A stretch of DNA of 64,000 bases from Felis catus (Eukaryota), in NCBI RefSeq assembly GCF_018350175.1, contig NC_058383.1, positions 6,636,001-6,700,000 on the forward strand, given 5' to 3'. Positions 24,540 to 38,472 of this stretch are shown piece after piece (the stretch's first letter is position 1; each line of letters starts with the position of its first letter). The notes below the pieces were generated by a model that saw nothing but the letters and a program-made list of their open reading frames with translations, was not told the DNA's origin and did no database searches. The translations under genes and the position numbers were made by a program.

Positions 24540-25070
24540 TCCAACACTGTGAGATCAGGGAGATGAAGAGGAACCAGCAAAGGATACTGAGAAGATGTGG
24601 CCAGTGTGGCCAGTGAGGTAGGAAGTCAAAAGTTTGGCATCCTGGTAAACAATTGGAGAAAGTGTTTAAAAGGAGCAGGGAGTGATCAGCTGTTAAATGC
24701 TGCTGCTAAGTCAAGTAAGATGAGGCCTGAAAATTGACCATTGGATTTAAAAATATGAAGATCACTGGTCACTGCCAAGAACAATGTCATGGAGTTGTAG
24801 GAATGAAAGCCTGATCGGAAAGGGTTCAGAAGAGAATAGGAGAGAAGTTGGAAGCAGGGATGACTGACAGCCATTTTGGAGAGTTTTACGCTAAAGCAGA
24901 GGACAGAAATAGGGTGATAGCGGGAAGCAGTAGCAAGGCCAAAGAGGGTTTTTATTTTTTATTTTTTTAAGATGGGAGAAATAACAGGTTGCTTATAGGC
25001 ATGTAAGAATGGATGGAGAAGAGAAGATGTCTAACAACTGAGCTCTGGGGAACTCTAACATTTAGAGCCA
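24540..25070 (-). mobile_element. LINE-2 fragments
   Basis: gaggaaccagcaaaggatactgagaag...aaatgctgctgctaagtcaagtaagatgagg..aaaattgaccattggattta pattern. Confidence 0.65.
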
Positions 25071-25158
25071 CTTTTCAAACATAGCTTCATTTATTTTAAA
25101 CAAGAAATCATGTGAGTTAGAAGTGATGCTTATTTCACAGTAAAACTGAGGCTCCCAG

Positions 25159-26920
25159 CGGCTCCTGGCTGGCTCAGTCAGTGGAGCATGCGATTCTTAA
25201 TCTCAGGGATGTAAGTTTGAGACCCACGTTGAGCGTAGAAATTACTTAAACATAAAATCTTGTGGGGGTGCCTGGGTGGCTCAGTTGGTTGGGTGGCCAA
25301 TTTTGGCTCAGGTCATGATCTCATGCTTTGTGGGTTCGAACCCCATGTCAGGTTCTGTGCTGACAGCTCAGAGCTTGGAGCTTCCTTTGGATTCTGTGTC
25401 TCCCTCTCTCTGCCCCTCCCCTGCTCACACTCTGTCTCAAAAATAAATAAATGTTAAAAAAAATTTTTTTAGGGGCCTCTGGGTGGCTCAGTAGGTTAAG
25501 CGTCCAACTTCAGCTCAGATCATGATCTCATGGTTTGTGAATTCGAGCCCTATGTTGGGCTCCGTGCTGACAGCTCAGAGCCTGGAGCCTGATTGGGATT
25601 TTGTGTCTCCCTGTCTCTCTGCCCCTCCCCCACTCATGGTCTGTCTCTCAAAAATAAATAAAAAACATAAAAAAATTATTTTTAAATCAGTAAATCCAAA
25701 ATACATACATACATACATACATACATACATACATACATAAAAAGTAAATTTCAGGTGCCTGGGTGGCCCAGTTGGTTAAGTATCCGACTCTTGATTTTGG
25801 CTCAGGTCATGATCTCACAGTTCCTGAGACTGAGCCCTTTGCTGGGCTCTGTGCTGACAGCGTGAAGCTTACTTAGGATTCTCTCTCTCCGCCTCTCTCT
25901 GCCCCTTCCCCATTCATGTGCATATGCTCTTTCTCTCAAAATCAGTAAATAAACTTAAAAAACATAAAATCAGTAAATCCACTCATTCAGAACAACTGCA
26001 ATTACTAAAAGATAACTAGATAAATCTAAAAGTCAAGACCCTAAGTACAGAGAAGGAAGAACAGCATGACTGTCTGTATACATTCAGGATATCAAGCAGA
26101 AGCTCTATAAAATCTCAGAATATTTCAGGAATCAGTATAAATTACATATCTGAGACTTACCCCATCTACAACAACTAAGCGCAATTAGTAATTGACATTT
26201 GGTTGTCATTCAGTGGTTAAATTTTTTTTTATGGTTTTTTTTTTTTTTTTTTTTTTGACAGAGAGAGAGACAGAACATGAGCAGGGGAGGGGCAGAGAGA
26301 GAGGGAGACACAGAATCCGAAGCAGGCTCCAGGCTCTGAGCTGTCAGCAAAAAGCCCAACGCGGGGGCTCAAACCCATGGACCGCGAGATCATGACCTGA
26401 GCTAAAGTCCGACACTCAACTGACTGAGCCACCCAGACGCCCCCCGAGTGGTTAATTTATATTAGATTTATTTAGTAAGATATGTGAGAGACAGAAAAAT
26501 ATAGGAAAGAGGATAGCCTTGCTATCAAATCACTATGTTGTACACCTGAAACTAATATACTTTATGTCAACTATACTTGAATTTAAAGAAAGAGTATATG
26601 GGGTGTCTGGGTGGCTCAGTTGATTGAGCGTCTGACTCTTGATTTCAGCTCAGGTCATGATCCCAGGGTCGGGGGATTGAGCCCCACATCAGGCTCTGCT
26701 CTGAGCATGGATCCTGCCTAAGATTCTTTCCCTCTGCCCTTCTCTCCTACTCATGCTCTTCTCTCTAAAGTAAAGTAAAGTAAAATAAAATAAAATAAAA
26801 TAAAATAAAATAAAATAAAATAAAATAAAATAAAATAAAATAAAAAATAAAATAAAATAAAATAAAATAAAAAATAAAATAAAATAAAATAAAATAAAAT
26901 GAAATGAAATGAAATAAAAT
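25159..26920. mobile_element. Intronic Can-SINE cluster (25159-25260, 25264-25470, 25472-25685, 25753-25965 on +; 26222-26445 on -; 26599-26770 on +) with (ATAC)n at 25701-25738 and (TAAAA)n at 26781-26920
   Basis: Head-to-tail SINEs with microsatellite-expanded tails. Confidence 0.85.
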
Positions 26921-27206
26921 ATGTTGTTCCATTAAAAAAAAAAAAAAAGAAACAAAAGAGTATAGCTTTGGAGCCAGACTGTCTGGGTCCAGATGTCATA
27001 TCTGATCCTCACATCTGTAAATACTGTTAATAATAGTACTTATCTCATGAAGTTATCATTACAAGAGGTAGTTCAAAGGGCTCAGCACATAGAAAATATA
27101 AGTGTTAGCTGTTACTATTTTCCCTAATACAGACTAATACATAGAAATCTTAGACTGTTCCATTAAAATAAAGGTTTAACCGTCATATTAAAAAATACTG
27201 TCTCTT

Positions 27207-27938
27207 GGGGCACCTGGGTGGCTCAGTCGGTTGAGCGGCCGACTTCAGCTCAGGTCATGATCTCGCAGTCCGTGAGTTCGAGCCCCGCGTCGGGCTCTGG
27301 GCTGATGGCTCAGAGCCTGGAGCCTGCTTCCGATTCTGTGTTTCCCTCTCTCTCTGCCCCTCCCCCATTCATGCTCTGTCTCTCTCTGTCTCAAAAATAA
27401 ATAAAACGTTAAAAAAAAAATTAAAAAAAAATACTGTCTCTTATAGATTGTTCTCCTCCCCAAGTTCTATAAGAATATGCTTGTTCTTGGGGCGCCTGGG
27501 TGGCTCAGTCAGTTGAGCATCTGACTTCGGCTCAGGTCATGATCTCACAGTCCATGGGTTCAAGCCCTGCATCGGGCTCTGTGCTGACAGCTCAGAGCCT
27601 GGAGCCTGCTTCCGATTCTGTGTCTCCTTCTCTCTCTGCCCTCCCCAACTTGTGCTCTGTCTCTCTCTATCAAAAAATAAATAAACATAGGGGCGCCTGG
27701 GTGGCGCAGTCGGTTAAGCGTCCGACTTCAGCCAGGTCATGATCTCGCGGTCCGTGAGTTCGAGCCCCGCGTCAGGCTCTGGGCTGATGGCTCAGAGCCT
27801 GGAGCCTGTTTCTGATTCTGTGTCTCCCTCTCTCTCTGCCCCTCCCCCGTTCATGCTCTGTCTCTCTCTGTCCCAAAAATAAATAAAAAACGTTGAAAAA
27901 AAAATAGTGTTAAAAATAAATAAACATAAAAAAAATTA
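27207..27938 (+). mobile_element. Three Can-SINEs: 27207-27430, 27489-27938 and a young copy 27690-27911 nested in the tail of the second
   Basis: TSDs aaaaaatactgtctctt; aagaatatgcttgttctt (27471-27488 and 27939-27956); aaaaataaataaacata. Confidence 0.92.
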
Positions 27939-27960
27939 AAGAATATGCTTGTTCTTCCAG

Positions 27961-28087
27961 GAATTGGTGACAGTCAAGGATGAGGAAATGGACTTCAGTC
28001 ATGTGGAGGAAGAAGAGCTGAATTCTGCCCAAAGGTACATGGGCATTGATATGAAAGTGGAGAATTGTGGGAGCCTGGTATTTTGGG
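27961..28087 (+). CDS. Unnamed zinc-finger gene, coding exon 3: degenerate KRAB-A box
   Basis: ttcttccag|...G|gtaagg; exactly 127 nt, phase 0 to 1 as in canonical KRAB-A exons; ELVTVKDEEMDFSHVEEEELNSAQRYMGIDMKVENCGSLVFW. Confidence 0.8.
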
Positions 28088-28319
28088 GTAAGGAAATTAT
28101 TTTGTAATGCAAACTGCTTACTGGGACATAAACTTCCTCTATAACTCATGGCATCTAAAATGCCATAGTTTTGCTTAAAATCCAGAAAGCCCTGATCTCC
28201 TAGGAGATCCCTGATCACTCTGGGCTCAGAATTGGGCTTTTTTTCTCTTTTGGCAAGTAAAAGTTTACTATTTCTGGTATTGAAAAAGGATAGCTTTATT
28301 ACATTGGTTTTAAGATTTA

Positions 28320-30900
28320 TAAAATTATAGTGACCAAAACAGTGTGGTACTGGTATAGATGTAAATCGATAGAACAGAATAGATAGTCCAGAAATAGACC
28401 TGCACATATGTGGTCAATTTTTTTTTGCAATCATTCATTTTATCTTTTTTTTTTTTTTAAGGAATAGAATTTAGTGTCTCTTATGTTTTGTCTCCCTTTC
28501 TGTTTTTTATCTTAATTTTCACTTCCTTTTCCCTGTGTTCATCTGTTTTGTTTCTTGAATTCCACATATGCGTGAAATCATATATTTGTCTTTCTCTGAC
28601 TTATTCTACCTAGCATAATACACTCTATTTCCATCCGTGTTGTTGCAAATGGCAAGATTTCATTCTTTTTGATTGCCAAGTAATATTCCATTGTATATAT
28701 ATACCACATCTTCTTTATCCATTCGTCATTTGATGGACATTTGGGCTCTTCCCGTAATTTTGCTATTGTCAATAGTGTCGCTATAAACATTGGGGTGCAT
28801 GTGCTCCTTCAAATCAGCATTTTTGTATCCTTTGGATAAATACCTAATAGTGTAATTGCTGGGTTATAGGGTGTTCTATTTTTAATTTTTTGAGGAACCT
28901 CCAAACTTTTCCAGAGTGGCTGCACCACGAACTGCAAGATTATGACCTGAGCCGAAGTCAGACACTTAACCAGCTGAACCACCCAGGCACCCCATATAGT
29001 TGGATTTAAATCTTACATATAGCTACTTGTCTTCTATTTGTTCCATCTATTCCTTATTCATTTTTCTTTCTTTTTCACTTTTTTGGTTGCATATTTTTTT
29101 ACTCTATTTTATATCCACAATTAGCTTACCATTAAACCTTATTTAAAGTTCTTTTAATGGTTGTCTTAGAGTTACCAAATGCTTCTTTAATTAATCACAG
29201 TTATCTATTTTTAAAATTTATTTATTTTGAGAGAGAGAGAGAGCAGAGGAGGGGCAGAGAGAGAAAGAGGGAGAATCCCAGGCAGGCTCTGTGCTGTCAG
29301 CACAGAGCCCAATGCAGGGCTCGAATTCATAAACCATGGGATCATGACCTGAGCCAAAACCAAGAGTTGGACGCTTAACCAACTGAGCCATGCAGGTACC
29401 CCAGTCACGGTATATTTTTATTATTTTTAAATTTTTCTTATTTTTTTTAATTTTTAAAATGTTTATTATTTTTGAGAGAGAGAGAGAGAGAGACAGAGAG
29501 CAAGCAGGGAAGGGGCAGACAGAATCGGAAGCAGGCTCCAGGCTCTGAGCTGTCAGCATAGAGCCCGATACGGGGCTTGAACTCATAGACCACAAGATCA
29601 TGACCTGAGCTGTAGTCGGCAGCCCAACTGACTGAGCCACGGAGGCACCCCAATCACAGTATATTTTTAAAGAGTAATATACCAGGGGCACCTGGGGGGC
29701 TCAGTCGGTTAAGCCTCCCACTTCAATTCAGGTCATGATCTCACAGTTCCTGAGTTTGAGCCCCACATCGGGCTCTCTACTGTCAGCACAGAACCTGCTT
29801 CAGATCCTCTGTCTCCCTCTCTTTCTGCACCTCCCCTGCCAAAAATAAGTAAACATTTATTAGAAAGAAAAAGAATATTATACCACATCATGTCTGGTAT
29901 AAGAACCTTACTTCTGGAGACTTCTAATTCCTCTCTCCCATCTTTTGTATAATTGTTCTCATGCATTTTACCTTTACATACACTATAAAATCACAATACA
30001 TTGCTACTATTTTTGTTTGACAGTCAATTATCTCTTAGAGTAATTAAAAATAAGAAAAAAAGGGGGGGTGGACCCTGGGTGGCTCAGTTGGTTAAGCTTC
30101 TGACTTTGGCTGAGGTCACGATCTCAAAGTTCATGGGTTTGAGCCCAGTGTCGGGCTCTGGGCTAAAAGGTAAGAGCCTGGAGCCTGCTTCAGATTCTAT
30201 GTTTCTCTCTCTCTCTGCCCCTCCCCTGCTCATGCTCTGTCTCTCTCAAATAAACATAAAAAAATTTTTTAGTAAGAAAAAAATTAATTTTATATCTATT
30301 TTCATTTATGCCATTGCCAGCACTATTCATTTTTTATATTGATCAGGGGTTGGCAAACTTTCTCTATAAAGGACCAGATGGTAAACATTCTCTGCTTTGT
30401 GAGCCATATACTCTTTGGCAATTAGTTAACTTTGCCATTGTAGCATGAAGGCAGCTATAAACAATATGTAAGCAAGTGAGAGTGGCCAGATTTGGTCTGT
30501 GGTGGGTCAGTTTGGCCCATTGATACAAGTTTTTGACTTGTACCAATCACCTTCTGCCTATAAGAGCATTTCTTTCTTTCTTTTTTAATCCGAGTTAGTT
30601 AACATATAGTGTAATAATGATTTCAGGAATAGAATTTAGTGACTCGTCACTTACATATAATACCCAGTGCTCATCCCCAAAAGTGCCCTCCTTAATGCCT
30701 ATCACCCATTTAGCCCATCTCCTCACTCACCTCCCCTCCAGCAACCCTCAGTTTATTCTCTGTATTTAAGCGTCTCTTATGGTTTGCTTCCCTGTTTTTA
30801 TCTTATTTTTGCTTCTTTTCCCCTATGTTCATCTGTTGTTTCTTAAATTCCACATATGAGTGAAATCATATGATATTTGTCTTTCTCTGACTTATTTCTG
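28320..30900. mobile_element. LINE-1 fragments: 28320-28425 (+), 28446-28927 (-), older L1M about 29000-30340 (-) interrupted by four SINEs, 30575-30900 (-); MER58-like at 30344-30520
   Basis: Minus-strand [21 protein letters not shown]; aaaacagtgtggtactgg..ccagaaatagacc; caggggttggcaaact terminal repeat. Confidence 0.75.
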
Positions 30901-31260
30901 GGGGACTGGAGGGAACTATTGAAAAAGTCAAAAGTGTTGTTTCTGGGTGATTATTATAAATGATTTTTTTTGTCTTGTACTTTTTCAAAACTGTCTAATC
31001 TCAACCTGTGTTTTCATCTTTCCACCCTTCTCTAGATGTTTTATATTAACATTTATTCTCATCCCACCTGCTTATATCCTCCTTTCTGGTTAGTCTGCTC
31101 AGTTTTCCACTCTCTTAAGTACAGCATCCTCATTGTCCTTTTATTGTGCCTTATATTACTCATTCTCCCATCTCTGTTATTTTCTGACACTTCCTCTGCC
31201 ACTGCCAGGAAGTGCTTTCTGAAAACATTCTAATAAACATGTTTAATAAGCATCATTTTT

Positions 31261-32757
<1,497 letters not shown>

Positions 32758-32792
32758 AATGCAGTAAATTCATGAAATAGTTATGTATTCTT

Positions 32793-33090
32793 GGGGCACC
32801 CAGCTGGCTCAATAAGGCTGGCTCAATGCAATTCTTGATATTGGGGTCATGAGTTCGAGTCCCATGTTGGGCAGAGTTTACTTCAAAAAAGAAAAAAGAG
32901 GGGCACCTGGGTGGCTCAGTCGGTTAAGCATCCGACTTCAGCTCAGGTCATGATCTTGCACTCCATGAGATTAAGCCCTACATCAGCTCAGAGCCTAGAG
33001 CTTGCTTCAGATTCTGTGTCTCCCTCTCTCTCTGCCCCTTTCCCACTGGCACTCTTTCTCTCTTAAAAGTAAACATTAAAAAAAGAAAAA
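32793..33090 (+). mobile_element. Two Can-SINEs in the presumed 3' UTR
   Basis: SINE heads at 32793 and 32900; ttatgtattct target duplication. Confidence 0.85.
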
Positions 33091-33577
33091 AGAATTATGT
33101 ATTCTCTACTGATCATGTAGACCTGTGTTCTAAATATTACAGGGTACTACAAAAATGTATGAGGCTGCATCATGCAAAAAACAGCTCTCTTCCTTGAAAT
33201 GGTATTAGGTATGGGAAGAGGACAAGAGGTATAGTAACAGAACCCAAGAAGGTGAAGAGTGGAGAATTCCTAGGGGAGCACAGAAGGAGAAAGTCTGGTT
33301 AAGTCAGAGAAAAGAGAGTCAGGAGCTAAGCATCTAATATCAGTAGAAAAACTAATCCAAGCAGCAGACTTAACAGTACTTGAGGCTGATGGCTCTCTAA
33401 ATAGTAGTTTCAACCTGAAGCCAAGTGTGGAGGATCAGGATCCCAGAGAGGAAAATCACCAGGATGTTTCTCTAGGAAAATAAAGAGGAAGAAAAATATC
33501 TAAGCCTAGGAAATCCTCCTTTTCTCTGTCCCTGCACTCCACTTGTTCACTTGAACATTTGCAAACATTTAAACCCT

Positions 33578-33736
33578 TGCTTATTAATCCTGGGTGTACA
33601 CTGAAATCATCTGAAAAATACCTGGGTCCCAGTCCTAGAGATGCTGATTAAATTTGGCCTGGGGTGTAGCCTGGGCATCAGGAATTTAAAAACTCCTCAG
33701 GTAGTTCCAATATGCAGCCAAGATTAAGAACCACTG
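33578..33736. mobile_element. MER5A-like hAT-Charlie MITE
   Basis: ggggtgtagcctgggcatcaggaatttaaaaactcctcaggt..ttccaatatgcagccaagattaagaaccactg. Confidence 0.7.
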
Positions 33737-34210
33737 ATTTAGGCTCTTAGTGCACAAGGATCAAGTCAATAAGGAAGGATAATAACAACCCACGTTCATT
33801 CTCGGGAGCTCTCTGTGTCCTTGTTTCTGCCTTTTTTTTCTCTTGCCAATTATATAATGTCATCCTTTCTTTTACCTGACGTTGGATCCTTTTGTTTGGT
33901 CCTTTTTTGTTTTCTCTGACTTTGTGTAAATTGAGCTGCCTGACCCTAACTTCTGCTCTGGCCCCTTACCCTTGCTAAATGTGCTCTTTTAAGTCTGCTT
34001 ACAGCTTTCTCAACCTCTTCTGCCCACAAAGATCATATATTGTGCTTGCTACCCATGGCCCGATGGTGGCAAATATTAACCATAAGAAACAAGAGGAGAC
34101 CCTAAAGACCAAAATCAGGAGTGGAGACAGGGTGACTGGAAGGGAACTTCAAAGGGTTAAACTTTTGACTCCAACTGTATAGTTTGTATCTTAGGATTTC
34201 CTGAAATTAT

Positions 34211-34216
34211 AATAAA
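34211..34216 (+). terminator. Candidate polyadenylation signal of the zinc-finger gene
   Basis: AATAAA at the end of non-repeat sequence downstream of the stop; another AATAAA at about 33479 is an alternative. Confidence 0.35.
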
Positions 34217-34239
34217 ATTTAGTTGTGTGCACGAATTAA

Positions 34240-36240
34240 TACTGAACTTCAAGGGATGTAGGTGGAAGGAAAGGTAAATAAAAAGTGTTTCTACATTTAG
34301 TATGACAAACAGTAGTAATGCTAAAGAGATTACGAGAAATTACAGATGATACCGTAATCCCTAAAGAATACCCATTAAATAATAATGCAAGTAGAGGAAT
34401 TAAATCACATATTAAAAAATGTTTAACCCTAGGGGTGCCTGCTGGCTTAGTCAAGGAGCATGCGACTCTTGGGGTTGTGAGTTTGAGTCCTACATTGGGT
34501 GTAGAGATTACCCAAATAAATAAGACTTAAAATGTTTAACCCAGAAGAAGGCAGGAAAGGAGGAAGAGAGACACAGAACAAATTGTAAACAGGCAGCAAA
34601 CTGGGAGACCTAAGTTCAACCATATCAGCAATTGCATTAAACATAAAAGAAACACTCCAAATAAAACTGACAGGTTGTCAGACTGAATAAAGAATGACCC
34701 AACTATATCTAAAAGAGGAACACTTTAAATACAGAAACACAGGTGAACATTCAAGAGATAAAGATACACAATGAAAACACTAATAAGAAAGCTGGATATG
34801 TTAATATCAGATATAATACAATTCAAGAAGGTATCATCATAAACAGAGGACATTTTATAATGATGAAATGGTCAATTCATCAAGGTTGGTAAATCTTATA
34901 ATGTGTAACTGTGTTACAGATGTGACGTGTTAATATTATAAATAAGATCATTTTAAGTTTACTAATATATTATGTGCCTAATATCAGGGCTTCCAAAATC
35001 ACAAAGTAAAAACTGACAGAACTAAATTTTAAAAAAGAACAATCCACAATTTTATAATTGGAAATTATAACACTCCATTCTCAGCAGCTGATAGAATATC
35101 TAGACAACAAATATTAAAGATTTAGAAGAGCTGAACAATATGTCTATATTGTCTACCATCTTGAATTGAGTGGCATATATACTTTATAGAACACACAAGG
35201 AACATGCAGCAACTTCAGAGTACACATTCCCTTCAAGTGCACATGAAATGTTCAAGTTAGATTGTACACTGGGCCTTAGAGCAAGGCTCAGTAAATTTAA
35301 AGGACTTAGAATATTCTCTACTACATTTGATGAAAGTAGAGATCAATAAAAATAAGAGGAGGGGTGGGGCGCCTGGGTGGCTCAGTCAGTTAAGTATTTG
35401 ACTTCACCTCAGGTCATGATCTCACGATCTGTGAGTTCGAGCCCCGCGTCAGGTTCTGTGCTGACAGCTCGCAGCCTGGAGCCTGCTTCGGATTCTGTGT
35501 CTCCCTCTCTCTCTGCCCCTCCCCTGCTCATGCTCTGTCTCTCTCTGTCTCAAAAATAAATTTTAAAAAATCAGCAACAACAACAAAAAAATAGGAGGGG
35601 TGCCTGGGTGGCTCAGTGGGTTAAGCATCCAACTTTGGCTCAGGTCATGATCTCACGGTTTGTGGGTTCGAGCCCTGCATCGGGCTCTGTGCTGACAGCT
35701 CAGAGCCTGGAGCCTGCTTTGGATTCTGTGTCTCCTTCTCTCTCTTCCCCTCCCCAACCTGTGCTCTGTCTCTCTGTCTTTCAAAAATAAATAAATGTTA
35801 CAAAAAAAAAAAAAAAGGTTGAGGGGCATCTGGGTGGCTCAGTCAGTTATGCCTCTGACTCTTGATCTCAGCTCAGGTCATAATCTCACTGTTTGTGAGT
35901 TCCAGCCCCGCATCGCATTCTGCATTGATTGCGCAGAGCCTGCTTGGGATTCTGTCTCCCCTTCTCTCTAACACTTGCCCACTTGTGCTCTCCCTCTCTC
36001 AAATAATAAACTTAAAAAAAAAAAAAGGTTGAAAGTCCATCATCTCAGTTTCCATTGAAAGACTAAAAGTGGAAGAAAATTTAAACACAAAGTAAAAGAA
36101 AATATATGATAAAGAGAAGAAATTTTTAAAATACAAAGCAGATACACAATAAAGAAAATCAACAAAGGCAAAGGTTGGTACTTTGTGTATGGCTACTTTT
36201 ACAAACAACAGAAAACTGGGAGAGTACACAAGAAAATTAT
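34240..36240 (+). mobile_element. Old L1M fragment (ORF2 endonuclease region) interrupted by SINEs at 34432-34530, 35366-35575, 35597-35815, 35823-36026
   Basis: A-rich degenerate L1 (gacccaactatat, aatggtcaattcatcaag, aactgacagaact, gagtacacattcccttcaagtgcacatg). Confidence 0.7.
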
Positions 36241-36588
36241 ATGTAGGCATTGGAGGGAGTGAAGTGAATGGAGCAGGGGTAGAGTGCCACCCTCTACTGT
36301 ATTTTGTTTTGATTTTTGAGTCACTCAAAAAATTTTAGTATCCATCTAGTACTATTCTAAGCCATATTGGATCCTGAAGCAAAAAGAAACATATATGCCC
36401 CTATATACACTTATCAAAATATCTTCCCGTGGTTTGAATCAGATTGGAAAAGTTAATAAAAGCTCCATAATTAAGAAAAAATGACTATAGAGGCGCCTGG
36501 CTGGCTCAGTCAGTAGAGCATGTGATTCTTGATCTTGGGGTTGTGAGTTTGTGCCCCTTGCTGGGCATCAAGTTTACTTAAAAAATAA

Positions 36589-36590
<2 letters not shown>

Positions 36591-36638
<48 letters not shown>
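36591..36638. repeat. (GATA)n tetranucleotide repeat in a SINE tail
   Basis: About 12 directly visible units. Confidence 0.95.
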
Positions 36639-36640
<2 letters not shown>

Positions 36641-37281
36641 AAATGAAAAAAAAAATGACAACCTGTACAAAGTGGGATGTGATGGCTTCATGGTCCAGGA
36701 ACCATGAGCTGATTAGAAATAACTGTTCCAAATTCACAATAATCCTGGATTATAAAATAAGCAAACAATAATTTGTCTTATCTAAAAGTCTGATATTTTG
36801 TTTTTCATGGATTTTTTGCATTAATTTTGATTTAGAAGATATTGCATTAAAACATTATTTCTCTTGATTACTGAGGTTTTTTGGTGCCCTCTTAAATTTT
36901 GCATCCAAGGTGATTGCTTCATTTGCCTCACCCTGATCCCTGCCCTGAACACATTAGACGGGATCATCTGGAGCTGGAGAGCTGGAATGGAGGGGATTCA
37001 GTGATTTTCATCACGCCCAGAGAAAGCAAAGACTCTTTGTGGACATATTTCTTTAAAGACTCATGGGGCACTTGGGTGGCTCAGTAGAATGGGTGTCTGA
37101 CTTCGTCTCAGGTCATGATCTCACAGCTGGTGAGTTCGAGCCCCGAGATGGGCTCTCTGCTGTCAGCACAGAGCCCTCTTTGATTCCTGTCTCCCCCTCT
37201 CTCTCTGCCCCTCCCCAACTCATGCTTTCTGTCTCAAAAATAAACAAAAACATAAAAAAAAAACCTCATTAAAAGACTGTA

Positions 37282-37505
37282 GGGGCGCCTGGGTGGCGCA
37301 GTCGGTTAAGCGTCCGACTTCAGCCAGGTCACGATCTCGCGGTCTGTGAGTTCGAGCCCCGCGTCAGGCTCTGGGCTGATGGCTCAGAGCCTGGAGCCTG
37401 TTTCCGATTCTGTGTCTCCCTCTCTCTCTGCCCCTCCCCCGTTCATGCTCTGTCTCTCTCTGTCCCAAAAATAAATAAACGTTGAAAAAAAAAAATTTTT
37501 TTTTA
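37282..37505 (+). mobile_element. Young felid Can-SINE (preceded by an older SINE at 37065-37262)
   Basis: TSD aaaagactgta at 37271-37281 and 37506-37516. Confidence 0.95.
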
Positions 37506-38217
37506 AAAAGACTGTAAAGATATGGGTAGGTTTTAGGAAATTCTAAAACTTGATTTGTATTTTTGTTGTTGTTGTTGTTGTTGTTGTTTACTAAGAATCA
37601 CAGCTTGGTGTTACTGGGCAATTTGGGTTTTCTTCTTTGTGACTGAGGAAATCAACAGAGACACCCATCGGTTATCCAATCTCACTCTAGGATTTTCCAT
37701 CTGGAGGTCTGGAAGCTTCATCTCAGGGGCCCTTCAGGGAACCACATGCCTCCTGACAGGGTCCAAAAACCCAATATCCAACTACAGTCGCTGAGCTCAT
37801 GCTCCTATCCCTGCTCCAACTGGGGACCTCAGTCGCGCTGTCCATACCCATGGCAAGATTGCTGGAACTATACAGATTAACTCAGGTGAGTGATTAAAAA
37901 GCTCATTTTCATTTTATCACCCTTTACCCACCGATCTGAACAACCTCCTTGCAGTTTCAACCCAAAGTCACAGTGCAGTCCCCCTCAAAATGTAAAGGAG
38001 CACACAGGCATTCCTCCTCATTCAGCAAACATTTTCCCGTGACCCTGTTTCCTCATCAGTACAATGAGGAAAACAATAGCACCTACTTCACAGAGTTGTT
38101 ATGTGGATGCTGTAAATTAATTCATGGAAAGCGCATGAGATAGTCCCTGGAAGACAGGGAAATCCTCAATAAATGCAAGATATTACCTATTAGTTTTGGT
38201 TATTATATAAACTTTTT

Positions 38218-38437
38218 TTGTTTAACTTTTTTTTCAACGTTTATTTATTTTTGGGACAGAGAGAGACAGAGCATGAACGGGGGAGGGGCAGAGAGAGAGG
38301 GAGACACAGAATCGGAAACAGGCTCCAGGCTCTGAGCCATCAGCCCAGAGCCTGACGCGGGGCTCGAACTCACAGACCGCGAGATCGTGACCTGGCTGAA
38401 GTCGGACGCTTAACCGACTGCGCCACCCAGGCGCCCC
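38218..38437 (-). mobile_element. Young felid Can-SINE
   Basis: TSD tatataaacttttt on both sides. Confidence 0.95.
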
Positions 38438-38472
38438 GTATATAAACTTTTAATAAAAATATGTGAGGGGCA

